Shown piece after piece: positions 1 to 9,310 of a stretch of 28,488 bases of DNA. Both the position numbers and the translations under genes were made by a program. Within the stretch, counting starts at the first letter, position 1. Every line of letters begins with the position of its first letter. The DNA lies in IMG/VR virus record IMGVR_UViG_3300025839_000044, positions 1 through 28,488 of that record. One strand, given 5' to 3'. A model generated the notes under the pieces. It saw only the letters and a list, made by a program, of their open reading frames with translations, was not told the origin of the DNA and made no database searches. The stretch is from a virus (taxonomy: Duplodnaviria; Caudoviricetes).

Positions 1-946
1 CGTTCACGCCGGTCCAGAGGCGGCCGGTGGGCGGGTCGAACAGCATCATGAGTGTCTTCCCGGCCCCGTAGGTCTGCAACCCCGCGTGCGTCCGCGCGGC
101 GTTTGGCCCCCAGATGCTATTGTTACCGCGACGGCCCACGGCGTCGTCTTCAACCGGGTCGAACGTCGTTCCGGGGCCGTTGCTCGCGCCGACCATGATC
201 TCGGGAACGAGAGCGTTGCAACCATTGTAGATGGTTGGCCCGCCCGCGTGCAGAACTTCCCAATAGACCAGCGGGTCAGTCGGGTCGATTCCGTTGAGCG
301 TGACGGTGTAGGCTCGGTAGTCGTTGGAGCCTGCGTTGGTCAGTTTCGTATTGCCTTCGGACAGGATTCCCGTGCCGACGTAAGCCGGGTCCACGGTCCA
401 CGGGGCCTCTTCGCCCAGATCGAATCCAGTGAAGAGGGGGACAGTGTAGTTTTGGTGGACGGACGATCCCAAGAGCTGCAAGGAGCTGCCGTCAGGCACC
501 GAGAGGGCCGCTCGGCTGTTCCCGGTCGGGACCGTCGCGAGCGCCGCCTGCGAAGCCGGGTCGGCTGCCCACGTGCCGTTCTTTCCGCACCAGAACTCGC
601 CGGTCGCGTTATCGTAGGCCAGCATGAGGCGGTCGCCCTCGACGTAACCGATGGTCGGGGTCTGGGCTACGCCGTCAGCGATCAGTGCGCCGTCGGCCCC
701 CCACGCGACGCCTGCGGCACCCATGCCGGTCGTCGCCTCGTCGTGGTTCGCGAGGTTCGAGGTCTTGGTCACACCGACGACCATACCAGCGGCAGGGCCT
801 TTCACGTCGATCTCCCAATACTCCTTGAACTGAAGGTTGGCGTCATTGACCACGAACATGCCGTCTCCTGAAACTCCCGAGCGGTTCTTCACCCGGTCAT
901 TGTCGATGGTCCAGCCCGTCGGGACGTAGAGGGGGTCTATCCACGG
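1..946 (-). repeat. Two diverged protein-level repeats (SPRY-like, period about 180 aa) in the S8 ORF
   Basis: Unit 1 starts PWIDPLYVPTG (about 946) and unit 2 starts PWTVDPAYVGTG (about 404). Both contain YWE and LM-x-x-x-D-x-x-TG-x-x-W-x-G-x-N. Confidence 0.7.
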
Positions 947-2332
947 CCCGCCTTGGTCCCACTCGAACGGCCCCTCGAAGAAGGCCGCAACCCCCATAGT
1001 CTGCCCCGTGGCCCCATAGTTCGCCCCGCCGATGATCGGCGTCGCCCGGGTCTTCCAGCCAAGGACTCCATACTCGGCCGTGCCGAAGCGTGCGACGACA
1101 TTGATCTGCGGAACAATCACGTCGCCCGGCAAGACCGGGAAGTAGGATGCCCGGCCAATCACCGCCCCGGGGACCAAGGCATCGCCCACGTGCTCGCGCA
1201 CGCTCTGGCCGTAGACGCCCTCGGAACAGAAGGCCATGTAGTCCGTCATGAGCGTGCGGACCTGCTCCGAGTCCTGCGGCACCCAGCGGCCGGGCATCCA
1301 CGTCGCGAGGCAGCCACAAACGTAGGGGCAGGCGAAGCTCGTGCCGTTGATGTCCGCGTAGCGGTTTCCTCCCGGGTAGCCTGCGCCCATGACCTTGTGG
1401 CCGAAGCCGTAGAACTTTACGCGCGATCCGTAGTTCGAGTATGCCGCCCGGCGGCCGTCATAGTGGATCGCCCCGACGGCATACTCGGACGACTCTGCGG
1501 GCCAAGCCTCGAATGTCGTGTCGAGGTCTTGCCCGTCGTTCCCGGCTGCAATCAAGACGATGATGCCCGCGTTCTGAAGGTCTTTGATGATCGTTCCATA
1601 AGGGTTGGCAAGGTTGGCCCCTGCCGACCCGAAAGACAAGTTCGCGATGACGGCTTTCCCATCGGGGTTCTGCACGGGATCGGTTGCCGCGCCGAGCAGC
1701 GCGTTAAGGCCCGAAACAATCCATGCCGTCTTAGTGGTCCCGTCATCGTCCGAGAAGACCTTCACGTCCCAAAGCTCGGCTTCCGGGGCGATGCCGATGG
1801 TGTCTCCGGCCGAGATCGCCGCGCAGGCCGTGCCATGGTTCGAGGCTCCAAGCTGGGAGGTCGAGTAGTTGAAGATTCGCGTGACGCGGCCGGGGTTCTT
1901 GGCGAACTCCGGGTGTCCCCAGCGGATACCACCATCGACGATAGCGATGATCGTGCCTTGGCCCAGACGGTCAGTGTCGTAGCGCCACTTGAAGAAGTCA
2001 GGCTGCTTCCACCACGGATTGAAGACGCCCCGGTTTGCGTCCACCGTAGCCTTCAGGCGAAGCGCGCCGATCTTGTCGGTGAAGAGTCGGCCTTCCCGGA
2101 TGAACTTCTCTTCGTAGGCCATAGGGGCGACCGAAGCCGCCCCGTCCATAGCGCCAGAGACCCGCTCGTCGTTAGCAAGGGTCAGCATGAGGTCCGCTTC
2201 GTCCTGCGGATCGCGCAGCTCTAACGTGAAGGCGCTCTTCAGGTGCTCGTAGGGCGTGACCTCCCCGTAGACGGAAAGCTCGTCCATGACCGCCTGCCGG
2301 GCGTGCGGAAGGTGGACCGTGATGACGATCAT
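1..2332 (-). CDS. Subtilisin-family (S8) serine protease fused to tandem SPRY/ConA-like domains; 3' end runs off the window (at least 777 aa)
   Basis: Translated by hand from ATG 2332 (ATGA overlap with the upstream stop), with no stop before position 1. Motifs: IAIVDGG (Asp133, 1934-1936), NHGTACAAISAG (His166, 1835-1837), IAAGNDG (Asn265), INGTSFACPYV (Ser332, 1337-1339). Then YWEIDV...GDRLMLAYDNATGEFWCGKNGTW and YWEVL...GKTLMMLFDPPTGRLWTGVN. Confidence 0.9.
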   Translation of the reverse strand, partial: MIVITVHLPHARQAVMDELSVYGEVTPYEHLKSAFTLELRDPQDEADLMLTLANDERVSGAMDGAASVAPMAYEEKFIREGRLFTDKIGALRLKATVDANRGVFNPWWKQPDFFKWRYDTDRLGQGTIIAIVDGGIRWGHPEFAKNPGRVTRIFNYSTSQLGASNHGTACAAISAGDTIGIAPEAELWDVKVFSDDDGTTKTAWIVSGLNALLGAATDPVQNPDGKAVIANLSFGSAGANLANPYGTIIKDLQNAGIIVLIAAGNDGQDLDTTFEAWPAESSEYAVGAIHYDGRRAAYSNYGSRVKFYGFGHKVMGAGYPGGNRYADINGTSFACPYVCGCLATWMPGRWVPQDSEQVRTLMTDYMAFCSEGVYGQSVREHVGDALVPGAVIGRASYFPVLPGDVIVPQINVVARFGTAEYGVLGWKTRATPIIGGANYGATGQTMGVAAFFEGPFEWDQGGPWIDPLYVPTGWTIDNDRVKNRSGVSGDGMFVVNDANLQFKEYWEIDVKGPAAGMVVGVTKTSNLANHDEATTGMGAAGVAWGADGALIADGVAQTPTIGYVEGDRLMLAYDNATGEFWCGKNGTWAADPASQAALATVPTGNSRAALSVPDGSSLQLLGSSVHQNYTVPLFTGFDLGEEAPWTVDPAYVGTGILSEGNTKLTNAGSNDYRAYTVTLNGIDPTDPLVYWEVLHAGGPTIYNGCNALVPEIMVGASNGPGTTFDPVEDDAVGRRGNNSIWGPNAARTHAGLQTYGAGKTLMMLFDPPTGRLWTGVN

Positions 2333-4989
2333 CGTGCGGCCTCCCCGCGCAGCGAGAGGAACACGTCGGTTATGTTGGCGTCCGGGGTCGCCGGGGCCAG
2401 CACACGGAGCGCATCGTTGACCACGACCGACGAGGGCAAGGCAAACTCAACTTGGGTCTCCCCGGCCGCCACGGTAGCCGTCCAAAGTTCGGTCCCGTCG
2501 TCAGACTGGAACTGGAAGACCGAAGGCCCGGCCGCAGCCGGGGAGACGCGGACGCGCCCCACCGTAGAGCCTTGGTCGAACCGAAGTCCCATCGTCTCGT
2601 GGAAGAGGATTTCCTGATCAGCCGAGAGCGGCCCGCCGTTCTGGACTCGCGCAGAGAGGTCCACCGGCTGCCGGGTCTTCTTCACGCCGATGATGTAGAG
2701 CTGGCCGCCCGTGAAGTTGCCCGAGCTGTCCCGCTGCACAATGACCGCATTGTGCTTCTCGGCCGCGCTGGAATAACCGACGAGGGCGATGTCTTGGCTC
2801 GCCCCCGGGCCAGAGCCCATGCCGTGATACATGGTGGGGAAGCCCGCCTCGCTGAAAAAGCGAAGAACCGCCGTGCCGATCTGAAGGTTTATGTCCGAAG
2901 TATAGCCCCCAAGCCGGAAAGCATCGGTCGAGGTCGTCCCCTCACCCGTGCCACCAACGCCAGACCACGCCCAGAAGACGGTGGACCACGTGCTCCCGCC
3001 ATCGGCCGAGACCGCTACATCGGCGTGATCGTTCGCGTTGCGCAAGACGAAGTGCAACTCGTCATACTGGTAGAGGTTGTGCGTGTCGTCGGTCAGGACC
3101 ACGTTGCGCACCCCGGCCAGATCGCCAGCCCAGAGAATGTCCGCGCCGCCGCCATAGGCGATGGGGCTGAAGTTCGCCGGGAGCGGGATGAAGGCGTTCG
3201 CCCCCTGATCCCACACGAGCGGCTGCCCGTTTTGGTCGCTGGACATGGCCGAACGGACTGCGTTGATTCCCTCGACCTCTTCGATGGTCGTGGCCGGGGG
3301 AGCGGTCTCGCCCGGCCCCGGGATGGTGATCTCGATCTCCCCGGGAACCGGCGACGTGATGCCAGCACCCGCTCCGGTGATCGTCAGCTTCGTTACCGCA
3401 CCGCTGACCTCTCCGGCCGCCCCGTGGAGCGCAAGACCCCCGGTGAACGAGAGTTGGATCGTGTCGCCGGTCTTGACCGCGTTGAAGGCCGTCCCGAGGA
3501 ACTGAAGGTCCATGACCTCGGGCTCGTCGAGAGACCCGGCACGGAACCGGATCGGGCTGCCGCCCCACTCCACGTCGTCTCCGGTCGAGTTGACCCGAAG
3601 CACCTTGTTCTGATTCGTCGCGATGCTCGGCAAGTAGGCGTAAATCGACCCGGGCAACATGCCGGAGACCCCGAGTGTGGTAGTCACGACCCGCACGTTG
3701 GTCACGTTTATCTGTTGCGGACCACCCGTGACGATTGTGTTGAGACGGAGCATAACCTTCGTCGTCCCGGTCGGAATGTTCGCGGCTGTATCTGCGAAGG
3801 TCTCCCAGAGCTGGATTGCCGAGTTCAGGCGGCCGCCCCCGACATACTGGCCGATGATCTGGTCGCTGGCGTCGAGGAAGTCCAGCTCCAAGCGCATGAG
3901 GTCATCCACGAGCCGGGTGTGCTGGTCCCAATAGACCGTGATCGAGGACGGGTCGGTCGGAAGGTCAATCACTTGCTCGATATACCACGGGCCGCCGATG
4001 CTGCCCTGAAGGCCCATGTAGGCGTAGCCGTCCGGGTGCAGAACGTGGTCAGCCTCACGATCCGGGGGAATGTAGACCTTCAGCGTTCCCGAGGCAGTGA
4101 AGTTCGTCCATTCCCCGAAGTCGCCAGACTGGAAGATGTGGTTCGGGACCACCCGATTCGAGGTCGTGCGAACGATCCGGCCGACCTGCCCGGCACCCAC
4201 GGTCGTCACTGCGAGAGAGGTCTGCGCGTCACCGCTCGTGGTCTTGGTGGCCGAGGTTGTGTGGCGCAACCGATACCAGTCCCCGCCGATGAAGGTGACG
4301 AGGGCGGTCAAGGTCGTCGTGCCGAAGTAGTCTTCCTCGTCGGCCGAGCTGGCGACGGGAACCCACGTGACGCCCGCGTCTTCCGACCGTTCAAGCGTCG
4401 TCTCGATGGCCCCAGCACCGTCGGCCGTGTGCTTGGTGTGGGCGACGAAGACGGCCGTTCGACCTTCCTGCGACTCCGGGATTCGGATCGTGTTGTCGGC
4501 CGCGTTGAAATACTCGTTGTCGTCCGAGACGATGTTCCCAAAAGCCAAGGTCTCGGTCGTCGTGTCGATTACCTGCCCGGTCGTCTGGGCGAGCTGGATC
4601 AGAATTTGCGAGCCGGAGATGGACGTGCCACCCCCACCGCCGCCAGCCGCGAACTCGACCCAAGACGTGCCGGTCCACTGGACGTTGATGCCCTCGTCCA
4701 CGACGTAGAAGTGCCACCCGGATTGCGGCGTGATGTAGACCCACTGCTTCGCCCCGGTGGGGCCATCCCAGACCGCCAGCTTGCTACCGTTGGTCGCGTC
4801 CCCGACGGGCACGATGTAGATGGAGCCCGCCGAGGGAGAGCCCGGCAAGGCCGACGTGCGCGACTGGACGCGGGCACCGACCACGGCCGAGAGAAGCCGC
4901 AGGTTGGTGTCCATGCCGGTGTTCCAGCCGTCGGCACCCAAGTCCCAGAAGGCGTTGAGGCCGAGGCCGGGGGTCTCTCTCATGGGCAT
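2329..4989 (-). CDS. Tail fibre / receptor-binding protein, DUF2793-type N-terminus plus several beta-rich domains (886 aa)
   Basis: N-terminal GWNTGMDTNLRLL...YIVP...LAVWDG...W..ITPQSGW...W.G..W pattern, then a Gly7 linker. GGAGG RBS upstream; located after the central tip gene. Confidence 0.8.
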   Translation of the reverse strand: MPMRETPGLGLNAFWDLGADGWNTGMDTNLRLLSAVVGARVQSRTSALPGSPSAGSIYIVPVGDATNGSKLAVWDGPTGAKQWVYITPQSGWHFYVVDEGINVQWTGTSWVEFAAGGGGGGTSISGSQILIQLAQTTGQVIDTTTETLAFGNIVSDDNEYFNAADNTIRIPESQEGRTAVFVAHTKHTADGAGAIETTLERSEDAGVTWVPVASSADEEDYFGTTTLTALVTFIGGDWYRLRHTTSATKTTSGDAQTSLAVTTVGAGQVGRIVRTTSNRVVPNHIFQSGDFGEWTNFTASGTLKVYIPPDREADHVLHPDGYAYMGLQGSIGGPWYIEQVIDLPTDPSSITVYWDQHTRLVDDLMRLELDFLDASDQIIGQYVGGGRLNSAIQLWETFADTAANIPTGTTKVMLRLNTIVTGGPQQINVTNVRVVTTTLGVSGMLPGSIYAYLPSIATNQNKVLRVNSTGDDVEWGGSPIRFRAGSLDEPEVMDLQFLGTAFNAVKTGDTIQLSFTGGLALHGAAGEVSGAVTKLTITGAGAGITSPVPGEIEITIPGPGETAPPATTIEEVEGINAVRSAMSSDQNGQPLVWDQGANAFIPLPANFSPIAYGGGADILWAGDLAGVRNVVLTDDTHNLYQYDELHFVLRNANDHADVAVSADGGSTWSTVFWAWSGVGGTGEGTTSTDAFRLGGYTSDINLQIGTAVLRFFSEAGFPTMYHGMGSGPGASQDIALVGYSSAAEKHNAVIVQRDSSGNFTGGQLYIIGVKKTRQPVDLSARVQNGGPLSADQEILFHETMGLRFDQGSTVGRVRVSPAAAGPSVFQFQSDDGTELWTATVAAGETQVEFALPSSVVVNDALRVLAPATPDANITDVFLSLRGEAAR

Positions 4990-4992
4990 ATT

Positions 4993-7900
4993 CTATCCTC
5001 CGTAGGACAGGCCGTAGCCGTAGCCATAGCCCGAAGCGATTGTGATTTCGATCTCGTGGCCCTGAAGCGACTCGAAGCCGCTGCGGGTAGATGTCACCCG
5101 GACAATAGCCCGAGTTGCCGATCCAAAGGAAGCCTTCGGTATTGCATAGCTTTCGCCCGGCAGGTCTTCGATCTCGTTGACGACATCTCGCGTGTCGGCG
5201 TCGAGGATCGTGATCTTCGTGAGCTGCGACGGCTCGGGCGTGACGCTCGGGTCGTCCCAAGCGAGAACCTGCGTGTCTTCGGTCAGGCGGTTCCGGTTCG
5301 ACCACGTGACGGGAATCTCGGTCAGCTCGTTCGCGTCAACCCGATCCCAAGCGGACCCGGCGACCCGGACATTCGCAGGCCGGAGGGGCAGCCAAGCGCG
5401 CTCGCCCGGCATGAATGTTTCGGTCTGGGCCAGAGACTCCGGGTAGGCCCCGAGGGTCGTCTGCATGACCATCTTGTAGTCGCGCGGCGAGAAGGCTGTT
5501 TCCAGCTCCGCGTCCGTGATGAAGTCCGTCGCACCAAAGAACCGGATCGGCGTGCCGATGGGCCACTCGCGCGGAACCGTGTCGAGAACGCCCCGCTTGA
5601 TCGTCCAGTTCGACCCGTCGTTGTTCACGAACATGACGATCTCCCGGCCCTGCTCCGAACCGTCTTCGAGACCGATCAGGGCGAAGCCGCCGGGGGTGGG
5701 GCCGGAGCCGGTCGTGAGGCTGCTGAAGCCGGGCGTCAGGGTCTCGGCCTCCTTCACGAAGTCCTCGGCCAGAAGGCCGCGTGCGACCGGCATGATGGTG
5801 CCCGTGGGCTCGGCGTAGGTGTTGCCAGCAGCATCCACGCTCTCCCCGAGAATGTAGATCGCGGTCACGTCCGGGTTCGGGGACGAGGCGAGGATTCCGA
5901 CGAAGGCGTCCGGGTATTCCACGCCGATCTGCGCCGTCGGCGGAATGAGGTTCGCGGCGAAGAAATACCCGAGCGTCATGAACTCCACATACTCGATGAC
6001 CGTGGGCTCTCTGGCCCCCGATTCCAGCTCGGTCTCCGGGGGGAGAACGACCTGCGGCCGGGCGAAGCTGAAGATGTCCTGCGTCAGAGACGCGACGATC
6101 TTGGAGTCCCCGGGCTTTCCGTAGTTGATCTTGGCGATCCGCATGACCAGCTCTTCCGCGTCGTGCTCGGACGAAGAGAGCTTCAGCACGTCTCCGGGGG
6201 CATACCGCCAAGCCGAGCGGTCAACCTCGACCTCGGCCGTCGCGAGAGGCGCAGTCACGGCCGAGAGGTCGCGCGAGAGCACGATGGCCGCCAAGCGGCG
6301 ATCCCGGATGCCGTAGTAGTTCCGGTTGTCGGAGATGATCTCCCCGCCGTTGACCACGATGCCGCCGAGGTCTTGCTGCGTGATGACCTCTTCCTCTTCG
6401 GTCTCCGGGTTCGTCCACGTCAGGTTGATCTCGTTGGTGATCTCGGTGGGCGACCGGCGCTGGAAGTCCCGCACGGTGCAGTTGGATTCGTCGAACACGT
6501 CGAGCGTGTCCGGGTCATAGTCGTCCCGGATCGGCTTCAGCACGAACTTCCCGGTCGCAGGATCGACGTAGAGGTTGGCTTCCACGTGGTCGAGGACTTC
6601 CTGCACGAAAGATTGGATCGACTGCTGCTGCGTCCAGATCATCGAGAGGCCGAAGCTCTCGTTGAAGAACACGTCGGCCGCCGCCCTGAAGGCCACGTCG
6701 TCGATGGCAGACGGGTGCGCGCCCATGCCCCACGCCCGGTCGGTCAGGGCCTCACGGATCATGTGTGCTGGGTTGGCAGACGGGTCAATCCCGCCGCTCA
6801 AAGCCTCGAAGATCAGGTTCGTGAGCTGGGCCGCCTCGTTCGCCCCGATCACCGGGACTTCCCCGTCGGTCGTGATGTCTTTCAGCGTGCCCGTCGTGTT
6901 GTCGAGGTTGTCGGACTGGTCGGTGTTGGGCTCCACGATATTGACCGAGTAACAGTCAACGTCCGTCCCCGCCCCGGTGTTGAACGAACCGGAAGAGCGG
7001 TCGAGCAGATCGCTCATGATTGTCCGGGCCTGCTCGTGCGTCGTCCCGGTCGCGAGGCCGTCCGTGATGAAGAAGTTGATCCGCCGGTCGAGGTTCGACG
7101 CCAAGGTCTGATCGAAGAACTCCACGGCCCCCTGCGCGGCTTGCGTGAAGTCCGTGCCTCCCCCGGCACCGTTGAGCGCGGTGTTCACGAAGCTTTCGGC
7201 CGAAAGCAGGTTGGCTTCGGTCACGTTGAGGTATGTCTGGGAGCTTCGATTGCCGCCCCAGATCGTGACGCCGAGGCTCAACTGCATACCGCTAAGGACC
7301 AGCCCACGGAGCTGTGCCACAAGCCCGGAGAAGGCGGCCTTGACCGTGTTCCGGCGATCCGCCGTCATAGAGCCGGAGTTGTCGATGGCGAAGTGAATGG
7401 CTCTCGGGGTTTCCAGCCCGAAGTAGATGGGAGCCCGCTCGGGATACCAGCCGTTCGGGATGCGTGTCAGATGGAAGGCGCAGGGCCAGATGTAGGGCTG
7501 GTTCGCGGACCAGTAGAACCCCCTGCGGCTCCCGACCTGCGACCCGCTCCCGTTCTCCTTACCGCTGAAGAGCGCCGAGAATAGCCCGAGGAACCCACTG
7601 ACTATGGTTCCCCCGGAGCCGCCGTCGTTCACGTTATCGACCGGGGCCTCTTCGTTCGCCAAGCTGGGGTGCCCGGTCAGGAGGACATTCGCCAGACCGC
7701 GATACGCGGGGGCGTTCCCTGCGTTCCTGCCGACCTTGGCAGCGGCCGTGGCCGAGCTGAATTGGTCGAACGACCCGGGCTGGTAGACGGCATACCCTTG
7801 GACGCCACCTTCCTTCTTGATCCCGCCGTAGAGCTTCTGCTTGTTGATCTCGAAGACGGCCTCTTGGCCGACCCGACCCGACCACGCGATCTTGTCGTTG

Positions 7901-8007
7901 ATTCGGATATGGTTGAGCCTATCGACGGGGCCTTGGCAGAGGCCGTAGTGGACGGAGCAAAAATACTCCGTCACTCGCATCTTAGGCTTCTTGCTCCTTT
8001 TACCCAT
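4993..8007 (-). CDS. Central tail tip / host specificity protein (J-like) with an inserted vWA domain (1004 aa)
   Basis: HYGLCQGPVD, PAYRG and ANPAHMIREALTDRAWGMG motifs, LKPIRDDYD, PGDVLKL and a GYGYGYG C-terminus. vWA motifs DNSGS, GGGTDF and FITDG at about 6790-7410. Confidence 0.85.
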   Translation of the reverse strand: MGKRSKKPKMRVTEYFCSVHYGLCQGPVDRLNHIRINDKIAWSGRVGQEAVFEINKQKLYGGIKKEGGVQGYAVYQPGSFDQFSSATAAAKVGRNAGNAPAYRGLANVLLTGHPSLANEEAPVDNVNDGGSGGTIVSGFLGLFSALFSGKENGSGSQVGSRRGFYWSANQPYIWPCAFHLTRIPNGWYPERAPIYFGLETPRAIHFAIDNSGSMTADRRNTVKAAFSGLVAQLRGLVLSGMQLSLGVTIWGGNRSSQTYLNVTEANLLSAESFVNTALNGAGGGTDFTQAAQGAVEFFDQTLASNLDRRINFFITDGLATGTTHEQARTIMSDLLDRSSGSFNTGAGTDVDCYSVNIVEPNTDQSDNLDNTTGTLKDITTDGEVPVIGANEAAQLTNLIFEALSGGIDPSANPAHMIREALTDRAWGMGAHPSAIDDVAFRAAADVFFNESFGLSMIWTQQQSIQSFVQEVLDHVEANLYVDPATGKFVLKPIRDDYDPDTLDVFDESNCTVRDFQRRSPTEITNEINLTWTNPETEEEEVITQQDLGGIVVNGGEIISDNRNYYGIRDRRLAAIVLSRDLSAVTAPLATAEVEVDRSAWRYAPGDVLKLSSSEHDAEELVMRIAKINYGKPGDSKIVASLTQDIFSFARPQVVLPPETELESGAREPTVIEYVEFMTLGYFFAANLIPPTAQIGVEYPDAFVGILASSPNPDVTAIYILGESVDAAGNTYAEPTGTIMPVARGLLAEDFVKEAETLTPGFSSLTTGSGPTPGGFALIGLEDGSEQGREIVMFVNNDGSNWTIKRGVLDTVPREWPIGTPIRFFGATDFITDAELETAFSPRDYKMVMQTTLGAYPESLAQTETFMPGERAWLPLRPANVRVAGSAWDRVDANELTEIPVTWSNRNRLTEDTQVLAWDDPSVTPEPSQLTKITILDADTRDVVNEIEDLPGESYAIPKASFGSATRAIVRVTSTRSGFESLQGHEIEITIASGYGYGYGLSYGG

Positions 8008-8218
8008 AGCGGCGAGTCCTCGTCCTGTTCACGACCTGCTCGGCCCGGGCGTCGCCGGTCGCAAGGAGCGTGCTTGCCTTCACACCGTCGCGCAGAAAGG
8101 CACGAAAGTCGAGTTTGTTGGCCTCGAAGAACTCCCGCGCCCCGGCAGCACAATGCCCCGACTTGCGAACGTCCCCGATGGTGACGATGAAGTCCCCGAT
8201 GTCCTGCGTGGTCGTCAT
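8000..8218 (-). CDS. Small tail-tip-associated protein (72 aa)
   Basis: ATGA-coupled to the upstream gene and overlapping the downstream start. Contains HCAAGAREFF...LDFRAFLRDGV, which I recall at this position in chi-like phages. Confidence 0.7.
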   Translation of the reverse strand: MTTTQDIGDFIVTIGDVRKSGHCAAGAREFFEANKLDFRAFLRDGVKASTLLATGDARAEQVVNRTRTRRYG

Positions 8219-8448
8219 GCCGTGATCTCGAAGTCGTGCTTCTCTTTGTCCCAGAAGCCGATCACGTTGCCGCCCTTCAATTCCAGCGATCCGAAGATCA
8301 CGGGGATCGGCCGACCCGCTTCCGCCGTCGGGGCTTCGAGGTCAGACGATGCCGCAGGTTTCGCCTGCTTGGGCTTGGGTGCGAGGGCGTATGCCACGAC
8401 CATGAGCGCGACGCCGATAGCGAGCTGGATCAGGAACCACCAAGGCAT
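8215..8448 (-). CDS. Small tail tip assembly protein (gpI-like, 77 aa)
   Basis: Hydrophobic N-terminus, then PKPK and GRPIPVIFG. GGAGG RBS. Confidence 0.7.
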   Translation of the reverse strand: MPWWFLIQLAIGVALMVVAYALAPKPKQAKPAASSDLEAPTAEAGRPIPVIFGSLELKGGNVIGFWDKEKHDFEITA

Positions 8449-8461
8449 ATGTCATCCTCCG

Positions 8462-9310
8462 TCAATAGAACTGGTTGGTCAGCTTCGTCGGGTTGTCCTT
8501 GGGAATCCAAGGCTGCCCTCCGAAGTTTACTACATTGTGGTGCAGATGCTCACAATCGGAAAGCTGGTGATTGCACCCAAGATATGCCTGCACCTGCTCC
8601 CCGGCCGCCAGCCCGAAGACATCGCCGTTGACGATAACCTGCGTGTTGGTCGCACCGAGCGTCAGGATCGTCCGGGTCTGCACGATGTCCGTCTCGTTGT
8701 CGGTCCACTGCACATAGCCGCCGACGAACTTGCCGACCGGCAGAGCGTTGAACCATCCGGCCTCGAAGGTGATGAAGTTCTTGCCGACATCGACCGCGAG
8801 CGGGTTGACCCTCGCCGCAGCCTTATTCGCCTTGCACTGGTCCCCGTAAAGCGCCCACGGGCAACCATACTGGTAGTGCCGCCGCAGCCCGGCTCGACGC
8901 ATCGACGTGCTGACGGGCTCGGCTGCGATCTGCGCGAACTTGGTCTTCCGGGCAACCGAGATTATCCGGCCAGTCCAGACCACCTTGAAGTCGAGGTCCG
9001 GGTCATCCGCGTGCCCCTGATAGATGGTCAGGCGAATCGCGTGCGAGGGGAGCCGCCCCCGGAACATGGTCACGATGGAAGCGTTCGGCGTGATGTCGAT
9101 CCGAAGCGTCGTGTTGTCGAGACTGTTCCCGGCCGCCTCGATCTTCTCCCGGCCGATGGTCGTGGGCAGATAGGTCTTGCCCCCAAACGTGATCGCTTGG
9201 TCTGCGTCCGTGTAGGCGAAGAAGGCGCTGTCCGTCTCGCCGTATTCGATCAGGAAGAGGGAGGCCATGAGGCCGTCTTGTTGGCTTGTCTCGCGGGCGT
9301 CGTAGGTCAT
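8462..9310 (-). CDS. DUF2163/BR0599 family tail hub protein (gpL-like, probable Fe-S ligands, 282 aa)
   Basis: YTDADQAITFGG N-terminus. Four cysteines in CPWALYGDQC and GCNHQLSDC, followed by NFGGQPWIP. Confidence 0.88.
   Translation of the reverse strand: MTYDARETSQQDGLMASLFLIEYGETDSAFFAYTDADQAITFGGKTYLPTTIGREKIEAAGNSLDNTTLRIDITPNASIVTMFRGRLPSHAIRLTIYQGHADDPDLDFKVVWTGRIISVARKTKFAQIAAEPVSTSMRRAGLRRHYQYGCPWALYGDQCKANKAAARVNPLAVDVGKNFITFEAGWFNALPVGKFVGGYVQWTDNETDIVQTRTILTLGATNTQVIVNGDVFGLAAGEQVQAYLGCNHQLSDCEHLHHNVVNFGGQPWIPKDNPTKLTNQFY

Noticed and set aside
86-2224. Plus-strand ORFs 86..871 and 953..2224 filling an apparent gap
   Set aside because: The real gene is the minus-strand S8-SPRY ORF, omitted from the track because its stop lies outside the window.
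5004-5032. Short tandem repeat (gtagcc)n
   Set aside because: It encodes the GYGYGYG C-terminus of the tip protein; not a CRISPR or phase-variable tract.
2452-7584. 1710-aa plus-strand ORF
   Set aside because: Antisense shadow of the fibre and tip genes; Arg/Val/Gly-rich with no motifs, as expected from GC3-biased codons.
8470-8600. AT-richer patches at several gene 3' ends (here; also about 5040-5160 and 24700-24960)
   Set aside because: Frames and motifs are intact and no boundaries are visible; they cannot be separated from noise by eye.
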